53,577 nucleotides of DNA, from positions 1-53,577 of the forward strand of contig MU058835.1 of assembly GCA_013265495.1 (NCBI GenBank), in the 5' to 3' direction. Position numbers and translations under genes: made by a program. The DNA is from Vicugna vicugna. Taxonomy: Eukaryota. Below the pieces are notes generated by a model. It worked only from the letters and a program-made list of their open reading frames with translations. It had not been told where the DNA came from and did no database searches. Positions 26,294 through 38,254 of the stretch are shown one piece after another. Within the stretch, counting starts at the first letter, position 1, and each line of letters starts with the position of its first letter.

Positions 26294-27967
26294 GAGCTAA
26301 AGTACATAAAATATCTGACATGCACTACATTTAAGTGTAGGTTTCTATTCTTTCTTAATTTTATTAGTCTTTCTACAAGACTAATCCCATTTAAAGTAGG
26401 ATCTATGTTCTCTCAGTGCCCTATGTTCTCCATCACCCCCAGCCCAGTTCAGAGCATACAGTGACAACTTCAGAAATATATTTTTAAATTAAAAAAAGGT
26501 TATTTTCTGAAAAGACAATATTCACTTACATGAACAATGACTAAATCAACTCCCTTGTTTTTTCCATTCTTATTGCTGTTATGCTCTTTCTTTTACCTAT
26601 AATCCCATGTATGACAAACTATTGCATGAACAAAATGTTAGTAATGAATGAGATTTATATTCTATAAGAGGGTAGTGTTCTTCAACAAGATTTAGGGGCT
26701 GATACAGTTTTTAATCCATGAAAAATCATTAATTATTCCTAATGTTAATGTATATTTTAATATAAAAACTCTGGATATCTTGAAGTCTGAAAAGATTTCC
26801 AGAACCATGCCAGAGGGTAGCTTCTAAGTTTACTCTGGCCCAGTGCCACATACAGGGTGACAAAAAGTTCATGATTTCCCATTGTGTGAAGTCACATCCA
26901 CAAGTTACTTTTGTCCAAGTGGCCTTGTCATGTGATGTTGCTAAATATTTTTCACTTGGCCTTCTAATCATGTCCAAAATGTCATATTCTTAGAAGCAAT
27001 TTGATGTATGAGTTAATGGAAATTTGAGGTGACTCTTAAAGGGGACATAGGTTGGTAAGAATTGGACTGTGACTAGTGAACCAAACACCGATATCTCCAA
27101 GTTAAGTTAGAACATGTACAAGGTGAAGGAAATTCAAATTAAGAGCCAAAGTCATATCAGGACAAAGAGGTAAAAATAGAAGGCTGGTCAGGTTAAGGGA
27201 GGACAAAGAGTGAACGAGGTCCTTTTGTTTGAGAACAGTTTGGATCGGGATGGAGTTCATAGCATTTTTGGACTTGTTAATTTTACTAAAAGGAAACAAA
27301 TGCAAACTGATAATTTATTAGAAAACAGAAGACAAAAGAATTGGGATTTAATTTCTTACATGACATGAATAAAAACATGCAACATTTTTCTTGTTTAGAA
27401 AAATAATCAAAGGGTTATTTACCAGGGATATTATTTTTAAATTCCTGCTTTAAGCTACTCATTTTTACCTTCTGAAGTGGTCTTTGTCTTTTATACCAGA
27501 CCTGACTCACCTATCGCTGTTTAATCACATGAACCCACAACAGCCTGTGTCTGCTTGTTTCATTCTGCAGATTCTCAATCAGCCTCATGAATGCTTGTTT
27601 TGACACTGTCCTGTTAGCATTTGTGTGTGCACTCCCCAAACTCCTTTCCTTCAATAACAAACCTTCATTAGACTTCAATTTTTTAGCCATTTAAACTGAC
27701 TACACATTTTAAAATATTATCTAATTCATCTATTTGCCAAAATTGTATGGTGACTTTTTTCAAAAAGAGATACAATTGTTGTGACATAGCTTCACCTTTT
27801 ATACATGTTAAAACAATATTCTTCTAATGACAATATCAGCATGCATTAATAAATAACTGGACAGGAGTGTTATTTCCTTTAAGGATTTCTTGAGAAGGAG
27901 CTGTGTTTCAAGTTTGTATTATGCTCTCTAATATAAATAAGATAAAAGAAATCATAAGTGGGTGAGA

Positions 27968-27981
27968 TGGCCCCCTAGTGG
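27968..27981 (-). promoter_or_regulatory. CTCF core motif (copy 1)
   Basis: tggccccctagtgg = CCACTAGGGGGCCA on the minus strand. Confidence 0.75.
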
Positions 27982-28264
27982 TGTTAATTATGGAAATGAA
28001 TCCTGGGTCCCCTGAGGAAACCTGCTCTTTTTCTTTTGCTTTCCTGGCTAAAGGTTCAACAAGTCTGAGGCCACTTTTATAGTCGAGCAGGAAACACAGG
28101 ACAGGTCTCCCTCAAATCTCAGGAAGGGCTTCCAACACCCTGAATTATCTATTTCTTTGCCACTACCCAGGAGTCTTAGGCAACCCTGATGCTCTTTCAT
28201 GGTGCCCTTGTGAATACTGATCTTATTGATGTAATAAGATAAAAGAAATCATAAGTGGGTGAGA

Positions 28265-28277
28265 TGCCCCCTAGTGG
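28265..28277 (-). promoter_or_regulatory. CTCF core motif (copy 2)
   Basis: tgccccctagtgg = CCACTAGGGGGCA on the minus strand. Confidence 0.7.
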
Positions 28278-29531
28278 TGTTAATTATGGAAATGAATCCT
28301 GGGTCCCCTGACGAAACCTGCTCTTTCTCTTTTGCTTTCCTGGCTAAAGGTTCAACAGGTCTGAGGCCACTTTAATAGTCGAGCAGGAAACACAGGACAG
28401 GTCTCCCTCAAATCTCAGGAAGGGCTTCCAACACCCTGAATTATCTATTTCTTTGCCACTACCCAGGAGTCTTAGGCAACCCTGATGCTCTTTCATGGTG
28501 CCCTTGTGAATACTGATCTTATTGATGTAAAAATAATGGCACTAGAATTTCTAAAGAAATGGTGATCTGGATAGGAAAGTGATACTTTTTGAAGCTGCAC
28601 AAGATTCAAAGAAGATTGAGAAAACATTAGTTGACCGTCTTAAAAAGATGATGTTTAAGAGGTTTAAGGAGATTATTGGGGGACCAGAGATCCCAGTATC
28701 TCTCACATTTGCATACACTACATTGGCTTTTATCCCTGTTTACATATTTCTCCTTGATAATAAATCTCCCACCTCCCTGGCAATCAGCAAAACTGAAAAA
28801 GCGTACTACACCACAGTTTGAGGAACAGGACATACTGTGTTCATACAGGGTAAAATTCCAAAAATCATATGTTTTTGTGAGTTCTGCTTTCCCTAACTTT
28901 AAAAAAAAACAAAACATTTTTTCCTCTCCTTAGATTCATTGTTTGAAGCTAAGACCAATGTGATGCTTTCAATATTTTATATGTGAATCCAATAATATGA
29001 ATTTTTCACTGCCCATCACAGTTTACAATGTGCTTCCATTTATATAATGTTGTTTTTCAAGCAGAGATCATCAGAGATGTGATGGGGGTATACAAGATCA
29101 AAGAGTAAGAGTGCCAATTTATTGTTCCTGCTGGTAACACACTTAAAGTGTTATTTTATATTAAAAGAAACACACATCTATTATTAAATATAATGCATAA
29201 TTCACAGGAATTTCTCAGATAAAATATGAGACTTCTAAGAAATGTCATATCTAAAATTTGCAGCTATGAGCTTTGCCTGCAGTCTGCTAAGAGCCTTAAG
29301 GGTGCTTGGTGGAAATGTGAGTAGGATAGTTAAGCATTTAAAAATTTTATTTCCCCCCAAGAGTGTACAGTAGGTAACATATTTATCCTTTTATTAAACT
29401 AAACTTAGTTTAGAAAACTAAGGCTTGAGGAGTTCATAAATTCTTCAAGTCACTTTGCCATTTTCTTCTTTACAGGCCCTTTCTGGTTGCTTCTCCATGA
29501 GTAAGACCTTAGTCTACAATAGTTTCCTTGG

Positions 29532-30045
29532 TGTGGAAGGCTGAATAGTAGTCTTCCCAAAACTTCTACATTCAATCCAGAACCTGTGAATATATTACCT
29601 TACATGGCAAAAGGGAGTTTGCAGATGGGATGAAGTGTAGCATTTTGAGATGGGAAAATGATATTGGGTGATGTAGGTGAACCCATTGTAGTCACAGGGT
29701 CCTTATAAGAGGGAGGTAGGAGGGTCACTTTCTGGGAGAAGAGATGTAAAAATGGAGAGGGTAAGAGAGGAGAGAAGATGCTACACTGCTAGCTTTGAGT
29801 ATGGAGGAAACGGGCCACAAGTCAAGGAGTGCTGGCAAGCTCTAGCAGCTGAATAAGACAAGGAAGTCAAGGCAGGAAAACAGGTTCTCTCTGGAGCCTC
29901 CAAAAGGAGCACAGCCTTACCAACATCTTGATTTTAGCCCAGTGTGACCTGCTTTGTATTTCTGACCCCCAGAGAATGAATTTCTGTTGGTTTAAGCCAT
30001 TAAGTTTTTGGCAGTTTGTTATAGCAGCAAAAGGAAATTAACATA
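29532..30045 (+). mobile_element. MaLR solo LTR (MLT1D-like)
   Basis: tgtggaaggctgaata...aacctgtgaatatattaccttacatggcaaaagggagtttgcagat...ttgttatagcagcaaaaggaaattaacata. Confidence 0.9.
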
Positions 30046-30199
30046 CCTGATAAGGCTCTGACAGTTCCCCAATTTTTCTTCATCCTTATTTATATTATTA
30101 ATGATATTACTTTGTAGTTTTATTTTAATACTTTTAATTTATAATAGCACTATATACACAGAGCTGTTAGTTCTATTAAGAATTTTATAAATTTTTACT

Positions 30200-30905
30200 T
30201 CCATTAAAAGAATGGACAAGTTTGAGTGAGAAGTGGAGATGGAACCCTTGTACATTGCTGGTTGAAATACAAAATGGTGCAGCCACTGTGGAAAACAGTT
30301 TGGTGGGTTTGCATTAAGTTAAATATGGAATGACCAATGACCTGGGAATTGTAATCCTAAGTATATATCCAAAAGAATTAAAAACAGGTATTCATCACAA
30401 AAACCTGTACACAAATGTTCATAGAAGCTCTATAGACAATAGCTAAAATGTGGAAACAACTCAAATGGCCATCAAATTATGAATGAATAAAAAAAGCATA
30501 GTATATCAATACAGTGGAATATTATTTAGTCACAAGAAGAAATGAAGTACCAATTCATGCTATAGAGTGGATGAAACTTGAAAATATATATAAGTGAAAG
30601 AAGCCACTTTCAAAAGGCCATATATTGTTCAAATCCACTTATATGAAATACTCAGAATTGGCAAATTCACAGAGACAAGAAAACAGATTAACAGTTACCA
30701 GGGGCTAGGTGGAGTGGGGACTGGGCAGTGATTGTTTATTGGGTGCAAGGTTTCCTTTTGGACTAATGAAAATATTCTGAGAATGAAATAGTGCTGACTG
30801 AACAACCTTGTGATATGCTATATGTTGTTAATGGTAAATTTTATATTATACATATTTTAAAACAGTACTTAAAAAAAAAGACAAATGAAACTAAAAAAAA
30901 AAAAA
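30200..30905 (+). mobile_element. L1MB-like 3' end
   Basis: ggaacccttgtacattgctgg, ggtgcagccactgtggaaaacagtttgg, ggcaaattcacagagaca, A tail. Confidence 0.85.
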
Positions 30906-30919
30906 TTGAATCAAAGTGC

Positions 30920-32030
30920 AGTAAACTTTCTGACCCTTACCCCACTGATCTCTAACTCCCAGTTCTGCAGTCCAGGACCTTCTACTGAAAACTATTTGAT
31001 TTGGGGGTAATGATTATTCAGATATTTGCTGACTATTTCCAAATAGCATGCTTACTGTGTACTGTCATCTGTTGATTTAAACATTTTGACATATGTTGAC
31101 TTCCAATTACAGTAGATGAGCATTTAGTTCTATTTTTGGCAATCATATCTTAAATATTCAAGAGCTCTTTCTTGTCCTCTGACTTTGTGTTTTTGCAGTA
31201 TACTTACTGTTCTTCCTCAGCAATGCAGTAGCTCTTTTCTCTCTCTGAGAATGTATAATTATTTTAAATGTTCTGCTCTCTGCCTTGTCTTTGTTTCATC
31301 CAACTTATTTCTTCCTGTTTGTTTTCTTCTCTGTCCTTCATGTTGAAGACTTTCTTCAGATGTCTATGACCCTTGACTGCTCACATTAAGGAGGGATGCA
31401 TTAAAAAGTTGGTTGGCAGTTCAAATCACTGCAAAGTAATGAGGTCACATGGAACTTTTATTAGGGAAACTCATGTCAGTATCTTAAAGTCTTTTCTCTG
31501 GGAATACTTGATTTCTGCTCAGAAAAATTCTTTAAATTCCAGCCTAGTTTGTATCCCCATGCATGGAGAGGGTGGGAGGATATACCTGCCTGCTGGTCCT
31601 CTGGGTCTTCCATCATTATTTCTTTGTTTTCCACCATGCACTTCTCTGGTTCAATTTTTCCAGGTAATAAACTACTGGTCTCCTGTGGTCACCTGGTGGC
31701 TTACAGGCCAGAGGAGGGGCTAGGAGTTGAATAAATTTTCCCCCAGTTAGTCTCCTATTTCCAGCCTGGGGATTCCTCCCCACCTTCCACAGCCTCAGTG
31801 CCTCTCAGCCTCCCCCTTCTCAGAGATCTTCCAGGAAAGTGAATGCATTTCTCAGTGCCATTCCCTCTGCTAGGGCTTGGGGCACCACTCCATTGTCTCC
31901 TTTATCCTCCACCTACCAACAATGTGCTGGCATTTTTTGCTCACATTTTAATTTTTTTTCACTTTAGTGGGGTTCCTATAGTAAGATAATATAACTTTGT
32001 ACATTTATTTTACCATTTTAAACTGGAAAT
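30920..32030 (-). mobile_element. Ancient L1M 5' region
   Basis: ttcaagagctctttcttgtcctctgac, tctgtccttcatgttgaagacttttcttcagatgtct. Confidence 0.5.
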
Positions 32031-32289
32031 TGGATTTGTTTGCTTTGGGTGGGATATAAAGCTTTCTCACTTACCCTGTCTCATGTATTTCTTACAAAAA
32101 TTCTCTAATGATGGCTCCTATTATTGGAACTTCACAGCTAAGCACATAGAATTTCATGAAGGTAATGAACTTACCTGTGGTCACACAGCTGTTAATGGGG
32201 AGCCCAGAATTTGAATGCAAGTCTTTCATTCTGTCTTTAAGGAACTTCAGTAATAATAAGAATGATTCAAGAAGAGCTAACACCTATCT

Positions 32290-32674
32290 AGCAAGAGAGA
32301 TTATTGTGGATTATTTGGGTGGGCCCAATGTAATCACAGGATTCCCTAAAAGTGGAAGTGGGAGGTAGAAAAGAGGAGACTCAAAGGGAGGCATGACCAT
32401 AGAAGAAAGACACAGAGAGATGCATTATTGGCTTTGAAGATGGAGGAAGGTGTCCCATGAGCCAAGAAATGTGAATGCCCTCTAGAAGCTAGAAAACTCC
32501 AACCCCATCCCTGAGAGTCTCCAGAAAAGAACACAGCCTCATCAACAATTCAGTTTTAACTCAGTGAGACCTGTGTTGAACATACGACCTAAAGAACTAT
32601 AAGATAATACATTTATGTTGTTCTTGCCCTTAAGCTTTTGATGAGTTGCTATAGCTGCAATAGTAAACTAACAC
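32290..32674 (+). mobile_element. MLT1-type MaLR LTR fragment nested in a MIR
   Basis: ggattatttgggtgggcccaatgtaatcacagg, ggctttgaagatggagg, ctctagaagctagaaaa, gcaatagtaaactaaca. Confidence 0.85.
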
Positions 32675-32799
32675 ACTATATGCCAGGAATTGTTTTAGTT
32701 GCTTACATGTGAATTAACTTATTTAGTCTTTATAAAGATACCATGAGGTGTCTACAATTATCTTATTTTTCTAATAAGCAAACTGAGTCATGAAAAATG

Positions 32800-33150
32800 T
32801 TAAAAACATACCCAAAATATTTGAACAGATACTTTATGAAAGAAGATCAAAGTCAACAAGCACATGAAAAGACCCTCAGCATCACTGGTCATTGGAGACA
32901 AGCAAAATAGAGATAAATCTAATCTGTAGTGATAGAAAGCAGATCAATGGTTGCTTGGCTTGGAGGTCTCCAGATTAACTGGAAAGGAGTACAAGCAAGC
33001 ATTTTAGGGTGACAGAAATGCTCTTTATCTTGATCACACTGGTGATCATATAAAGGTATATAAATTTGTCAAAATTCATAGAAATGAACATTTAGAATGA
33101 GTACATGTCACTGCATATGAATTATATCTCAATAAAACTGATTTTTTAAA
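32800..33150 (+). mobile_element. L1M 3' fragment nested in a MIR
   Basis: aagcacatgaaaaga, gatagaaagcagatcaatggttgc, ttatcttgatc, attatatctcaataaaactg. Confidence 0.75.
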
Positions 33151-33409
33151 AAATTTACAAAGTCACACAGCTGAAACTGTAAGGCTTGGATTTGAAGCCA
33201 GGCAGTCTGACTCGCGAGTCTGTGCTCTCACCACTAGATAACACTCTCTATCAGTGCTATTTGGGGACTGCAACAACACAACCTTGCCCAGCAGAAACAG
33301 TTCTATTTCAGTTCTGGTGGATCTGGTACAGCCTTTAAGAGGCTGCCAGCTTCTTCATTGATCTCTTAGAGCCCTGAGATGTCTCACCAGAAGCCAAATG
33401 AAATGACCC

Positions 33410-33567
33410 NNNNNNNNNNNNNNNNNNNNNNNNNNNNNNNNNNNNNNNNNNNNNNNNNNNNNNNNNNNNNNNNNNNNNNNNNNNNNNNNNNNNNNNNNNN
33501 NNNNNNNNNNNNNNNNNNNNNNNNNNNNNNNNNNNNNNNNNNNNNNNNNNNNNNNNNNNNNNNNNNN
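33410..33567. other. Assembly gap (N run), apparently inside an MLT1-like LTR
   Basis: 158 N; right flank ctgaattcctgacccacaaaatcattagata is MLT1-like. Confidence 0.95.
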
Positions 33568-34834
33568 TGTGGTAGAACAGCAGAGCCCTATCTGAATTCC
33601 TGACCCACAAAATCATTAGATAAATGGGTAAAAAGGTTGTTGTTTCTAAATACTGTGTTTTGGGGCCCTTCATTATGCAAACATAGTATAGTTAAGTGAT
33701 ACTGCAATTGTCCCACTCATGGGCTGAATAAAGGAGGAAGAGCTGAAAGAATTATGGAGGCCCATCATCACTTGTTACATCAGGTCTATAAATAAAGAGA
33801 AATGCAAAACTAGAACTATCAGGAATCCCCTGCTCATCCACTGCCTCTGGGCTGCTGCTGAGGGTACCTCACTGTAGTTAAGGTATAGGTGATCCACAGC
33901 CCTCTTGATCTAAAAATCAAACAACCTTTTGTGCAGTAACTGGATATTTATATAATTCTTCTAGGAAAGGTAACATTTTCTGAAGCAATGCATCATCTCA
34001 TGGATACAGAGAAGCCATTGGATGCAGCAGAATGATGGTGTTTCCTGAAATGTTGGACAAATCTGAATTCAGCATCAGTGTTAATGCAGAATGATATGTA
34101 GAAAGCACTGATGTTTCACTTTATGGGCCTGGAACTCTGCTCAGCTACAAAATACAGCTGTCCCTGAGCCCCAGTTGGTTACTACTCAACAGCAGTCAAT
34201 ATACAAAATAGAACTGTGCCCAGACTGGCAGAGAAATCCTTGACAATACTGCAGAGTCAAGAATTTTCAGGACTATTCTAATGCCTTTCAGGTAAAAATG
34301 CTTCCATTTGTTATAATTTCTGAGTGTATTCTTATAGAATCAAAGTTTTAAATTTGTGTAGTTTTGAGTGTGTGTGTGTGTTTTCAACAATCAAGGCTCT
34401 TTATCTATAGTCTGAAAAAACAATACTGAACACTAATGCCTCAGTGATCTGCCAATATGACTAGTAATGCTAGGTCATGTCCCTCCTGGCATAAAAACCC
34501 CTAATAGCCACTTACTGAAAACTATTTACCATGGTGGAAAAATTCTGACATGATCCCCCCACTGCCAACCTCTTTCTCCTGATGTTGACTTTCCCTTCAC
34601 TGTCCTCCAGTCACAGGAGCCTTTATTAAGCACTTACTACATGCTCTATGCCAAGTGCTCTAGATGTGTTATCTTATTTAATATTCATAACAGCCCTAAA
34701 AAACAGATATTATTGTCATTTTATAGATAAATAAATTCAGATCCAGAAATGATGAACCTTGATTGAGGTGACATAAACACTGAGTGTTGGAGCCAGATAT
34801 TTAACTCTGTATGTACTGGTTCAAGCCCCAGATG

Positions 34835-36120
34835 TGTATCTTCCCTGAATTCAGACCATATGTCCAACTGCCTTATTAATCTCACCACTTCAATGTCAAA
34901 TAGGCATCTCAAACTTAACATGCTTAATAATCCAAATAAGAAATTTTATGTTGGTGACAATGTGGAGAAAAGGAAATCCTTGTATGCTCTTGGTGAGAAT
35001 GTAAATTGGTGCAGCCACTGTAGAAAACAGTATAGAGTTTCCTCAAAAAATTTGAAAATAAAACTATCATATGATCCAGCAATTCCAAAAGAAACAAAAA
35101 CTCTAATTTGAAAAGATACATGCACCCCAGTTTCATAGTTTACAATAGCCAAGATATGGAAGCTATTCAAACACCCATCAACCAACAAATGGATAAAGAA
35201 GATGTGGCACACTTTATAATGGAATATTACTCAGCCATAAAAAGGAATGAAATTTTACCATTTGTAGCAATATGGATGTACATAGAGAATATTATGCTTA
35301 GTGAAATAAGTCAGAGAAAGACAAATATGATATGATACCACTTATATATGGAATCTAAGAAATAATATAAATGTATGTATACACAAAACAGAAACAGGCT
35401 CACAGACATAGGGAAAAAAACAAAAAAACTTGTGGTTACCAAAGGGGCAGGAGAGGGACAAATTAGGTTAATGGAATTAATGGATACAAACTACTACACA
35501 TAAAATAGACAAGCTACATGGATTTGTTGTGTAGCACAGAGAATTACACCCCATATTTTGTAGTAACCTATAATGGACTATAATCAACAAAAATCAACTA
35601 AATCACTTAGCTGTACATCTGAAACTAATGCGATATTGTAAATCAATCATACTTCAATTTTTTTGAAGAAAAAACACATGGATCAAAAAAAAAAAGAATT
35701 TTTGATTTCCCCTCTTTATCCCCATCTTCCCAACTTCAGTCAATGGCAACATCCAGTTGCTGAAGACAAAAGCTTGGGTGTCATCTTTCATTTCTCTCCT
35801 TTCTTCAACACCAACATTCAATTTCTCAGCACCTCCTGTCAGGTTTTTCTCCAAAACATTACTTCAATCTGCCCACTTCTCTCATCTCCATTGCTACTAG
35901 CCTAATCTGAGCCATCTTCAACTCCCATCTGAGATAAGAACCTTCGGATCAGCCTGCATGCATCCTGTCACCTGTCCATCCTGCGGCATTCATTATCATG
36001 TCTGAAAAGTCACAACTCACTCCTTAAACCCATCCCAGGGCTTCTTCCCATTATATTTAGAGCCAAACTCCACCATAGTCTTCAAAATTACGCTTGATCT
36101 GGCATCCCTTTCAGTTTTCT
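34835..36120 (+). mobile_element. L2 LINE split by an L1 insertion
   Basis: SNCL..L.T.MSNRHLKLNM (L2 RT C-terminal motif) at 34860-34922; resumes after 35690 with tcagtcaatggcaacatccagttgct. Confidence 0.8.
34925..35670 (+). mobile_element. 5'-truncated L1 3' end
   Basis: GENVNWCSH, YDPAIP and MEYYSAIKRNEILPF ORF2 motifs plus 3' UTR. Confidence 0.92.
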
Positions 36121-36299
36121 ACCCTTCATTGTTTGTTATGTGTTTGTTGCTACTGTTCCTGCAGTTGTTAGGGAAGGGGAACTCAAAAACAGAGCTGTGT
36201 CACTCACACTCCTTAATATGTGTTTCCTTATCATCTTTGTTACACATAGATCCACACTTGTTTGTTAGTTGGTTAGCTTATTTCCTTTTGCCCAAATTC

Positions 36300-38150
36300 C
36301 CCTCTTGCATTTCCTCTCCTTAAGGTAAGCAACTATTCTAACGTGTTTTTTTCTGTTATTATAAATTGTATATTGCTTTTTGTATACATATATTTTTAAT
36401 TTATGTAAATGATACTGTGTAAGAAATCACATTCTGCTTCATACATTTTTCACTCAGTGCCATGTTTGGAAGATCCACTTATGCTGCATGTTGCCTCTAG
36501 TCTTTGCCTTCTAACTGCTGTGTAGTACTCTCCGGTACATCCATCACCTTTTGAAAAAAGCATCCCCTGGGAAGTGGACCCTAGGCTAGCCTGGCTCTGG
36601 CTCCCACTCCCCACCACCACAAACAATAAACATTCCATTACTGGGGACTTATCTGAGAATTACTTTGCAATAGATATCAGAGTGGAGTTGCTGGTAATCT
36701 TGTATATTTGATTTAAAATGTACTGCCAAATTGCTCTCCAGAAGGCCCGCAGCCTATGTTCCCCCCAGCAATGCATAACAGGGCCATAAATCCCCTGCCT
36801 AGTGTCCCTGTCAGCCTAGGTATTATCTTACTTTCTGAATTTCATCCCTCAATTAGAGGAAGGTTTATGATAGCTAATGACTTTGAGCATCTTTTATGTG
36901 TTATAGCCCTTTATGTTTCCTCTTCTGTAAGTTGCCTGTGCATAGCCTTCACCTATCTTTTTTTTCCACTAGGATTATGTGTTTTCCTTGCTGATTTTGC
37001 AAGATCTCCCTGTAAATTCTGCGTATAGCCCCTTGATCAATGTTAGACAATAAAATTATTCTCTCCCAAACTATCATCCATCTGTTAACTTTATCAGGGT
37101 TATCTCCTGTTGAATAGCAATTCTTTACTTTGATAAAATTGAATTTACCTTTTTTTTTTAATGGTTGATGCTTCTGAAATTTTTAGGAACTCCTTTCTTA
37201 CCACCAAGATGTAGGTAATAAGGACTTTTTGATTTTCCCTTCCAACAATTGCAGCTCTTTTTTCCTCTATCTTATTGCTTGGAAAAGACCTCCAGTTTAT
37301 GTTACACAGTAGCAATGATAGTGAGTATCCTTCTCGTGTTCCCAATTTTAAAGAAACTACATCTTCAGTTTTCCCATAAATATAGTGTTTGTTGTGGGTT
37401 TTCAGTTAAAGTGAGTCCCTTCAGTCCTTGTTTCCTGATAGGCTTACCATAAATAAGTATTGACTTCTTTATGTTTTATCAAGTGATTTTTCTTCATCAA
37501 TTAAGATTAGTAATATTTTAATAAATATTTATAAATATTTTACTATTTTTACAGTATTCTGATGTGATGAATTAGGTTGATCAACTTTTCTCATGTTAAA
37601 CCATCCCTTCATTCCAAGATAAAATGGATAACTAATCTTTCAGATAGAGTTTGGCATCTATGATCACAAGTGAAATAGACCGATCATTTTCTTTTGAGTA
37701 TTTTTTGTGTCATCCTTATCTGCTTGTGAAGTCATTGCACTGGCCTCACAGAATAATCTGGGCAACTCATTTCCTGTGTTCTGTAAGTACTTTTATAAGA
37801 TAGAAATTGACTACTCCTTGAAGTGTTAGTAATGCTAATATGTAAAACCATCTGTACTTGAAATTTGAGGGGATGGTTTGTCTTTCAGACACCATTTCAG
37901 CTAGTAAGTATTGATATTTAACTATTAAATATTACTGGTATTTAACTGGAATATTTAAGTTCTCCATTTCTTCTCATGCCAGTTTTGACAGCCTGGAATT
38001 TCTTGGTATTTGTCTATTATGTATAGGTTTTCTAATGCTATTAGGTAATACTCTTTTTTATTATTTTTTAAAATCTTTGTTGAGGCTGACATTTTTGCTT
38101 TTTAGTTTTGATTTTTATTTATATTCTCTCTTTTTTATCTTGCATTAAGT
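36300..38150 (-). mobile_element. Degenerate L1M ORF2/3' region
   Basis: tactgccaaattgctctccagaag, aatgactttgagcatctt, gatagtgagtatcctt, gtaaaaccatctgtac. Confidence 0.65.
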
Positions 38151-38254
38151 AAACATTTTACTGAAGTAGAACATATGCACCAAAAATTATATATCATAGG
38201 TGTGTAGCTCTATGAATTTTTGTGGGGTACATACCTAGGAATAGAAATAGTGGA

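Larger units (their letters stand above)
27936..28528. repeat. Head-to-tail tandem duplication, 297 bp + 296 bp
   Basis: 27936-28232 and 28233-28528 are identical except for about 5 differences. Confidence 0.97.

Noticed and set aside
27936..28528. CRISPR-like or satellite array
   Set aside because: Only two long units with no spacers, in a eukaryotic context.
28558..28821. Protein-looking ORF (FEAAQDSKKIEKTLVDRLKKMMFKRF)
   Set aside because: GTG start, in-frame stop just upstream, no convincing splice sites, no homology recognised.
33985..34291. Possible decayed coding exon (..IELCPDWQRNP*QYCRVKNFQDYSNAFQ|gtaaaa)
   Set aside because: Stops in all frames at roughly random frequency; a pseudogene call needs a TBLASTN hit I cannot obtain.
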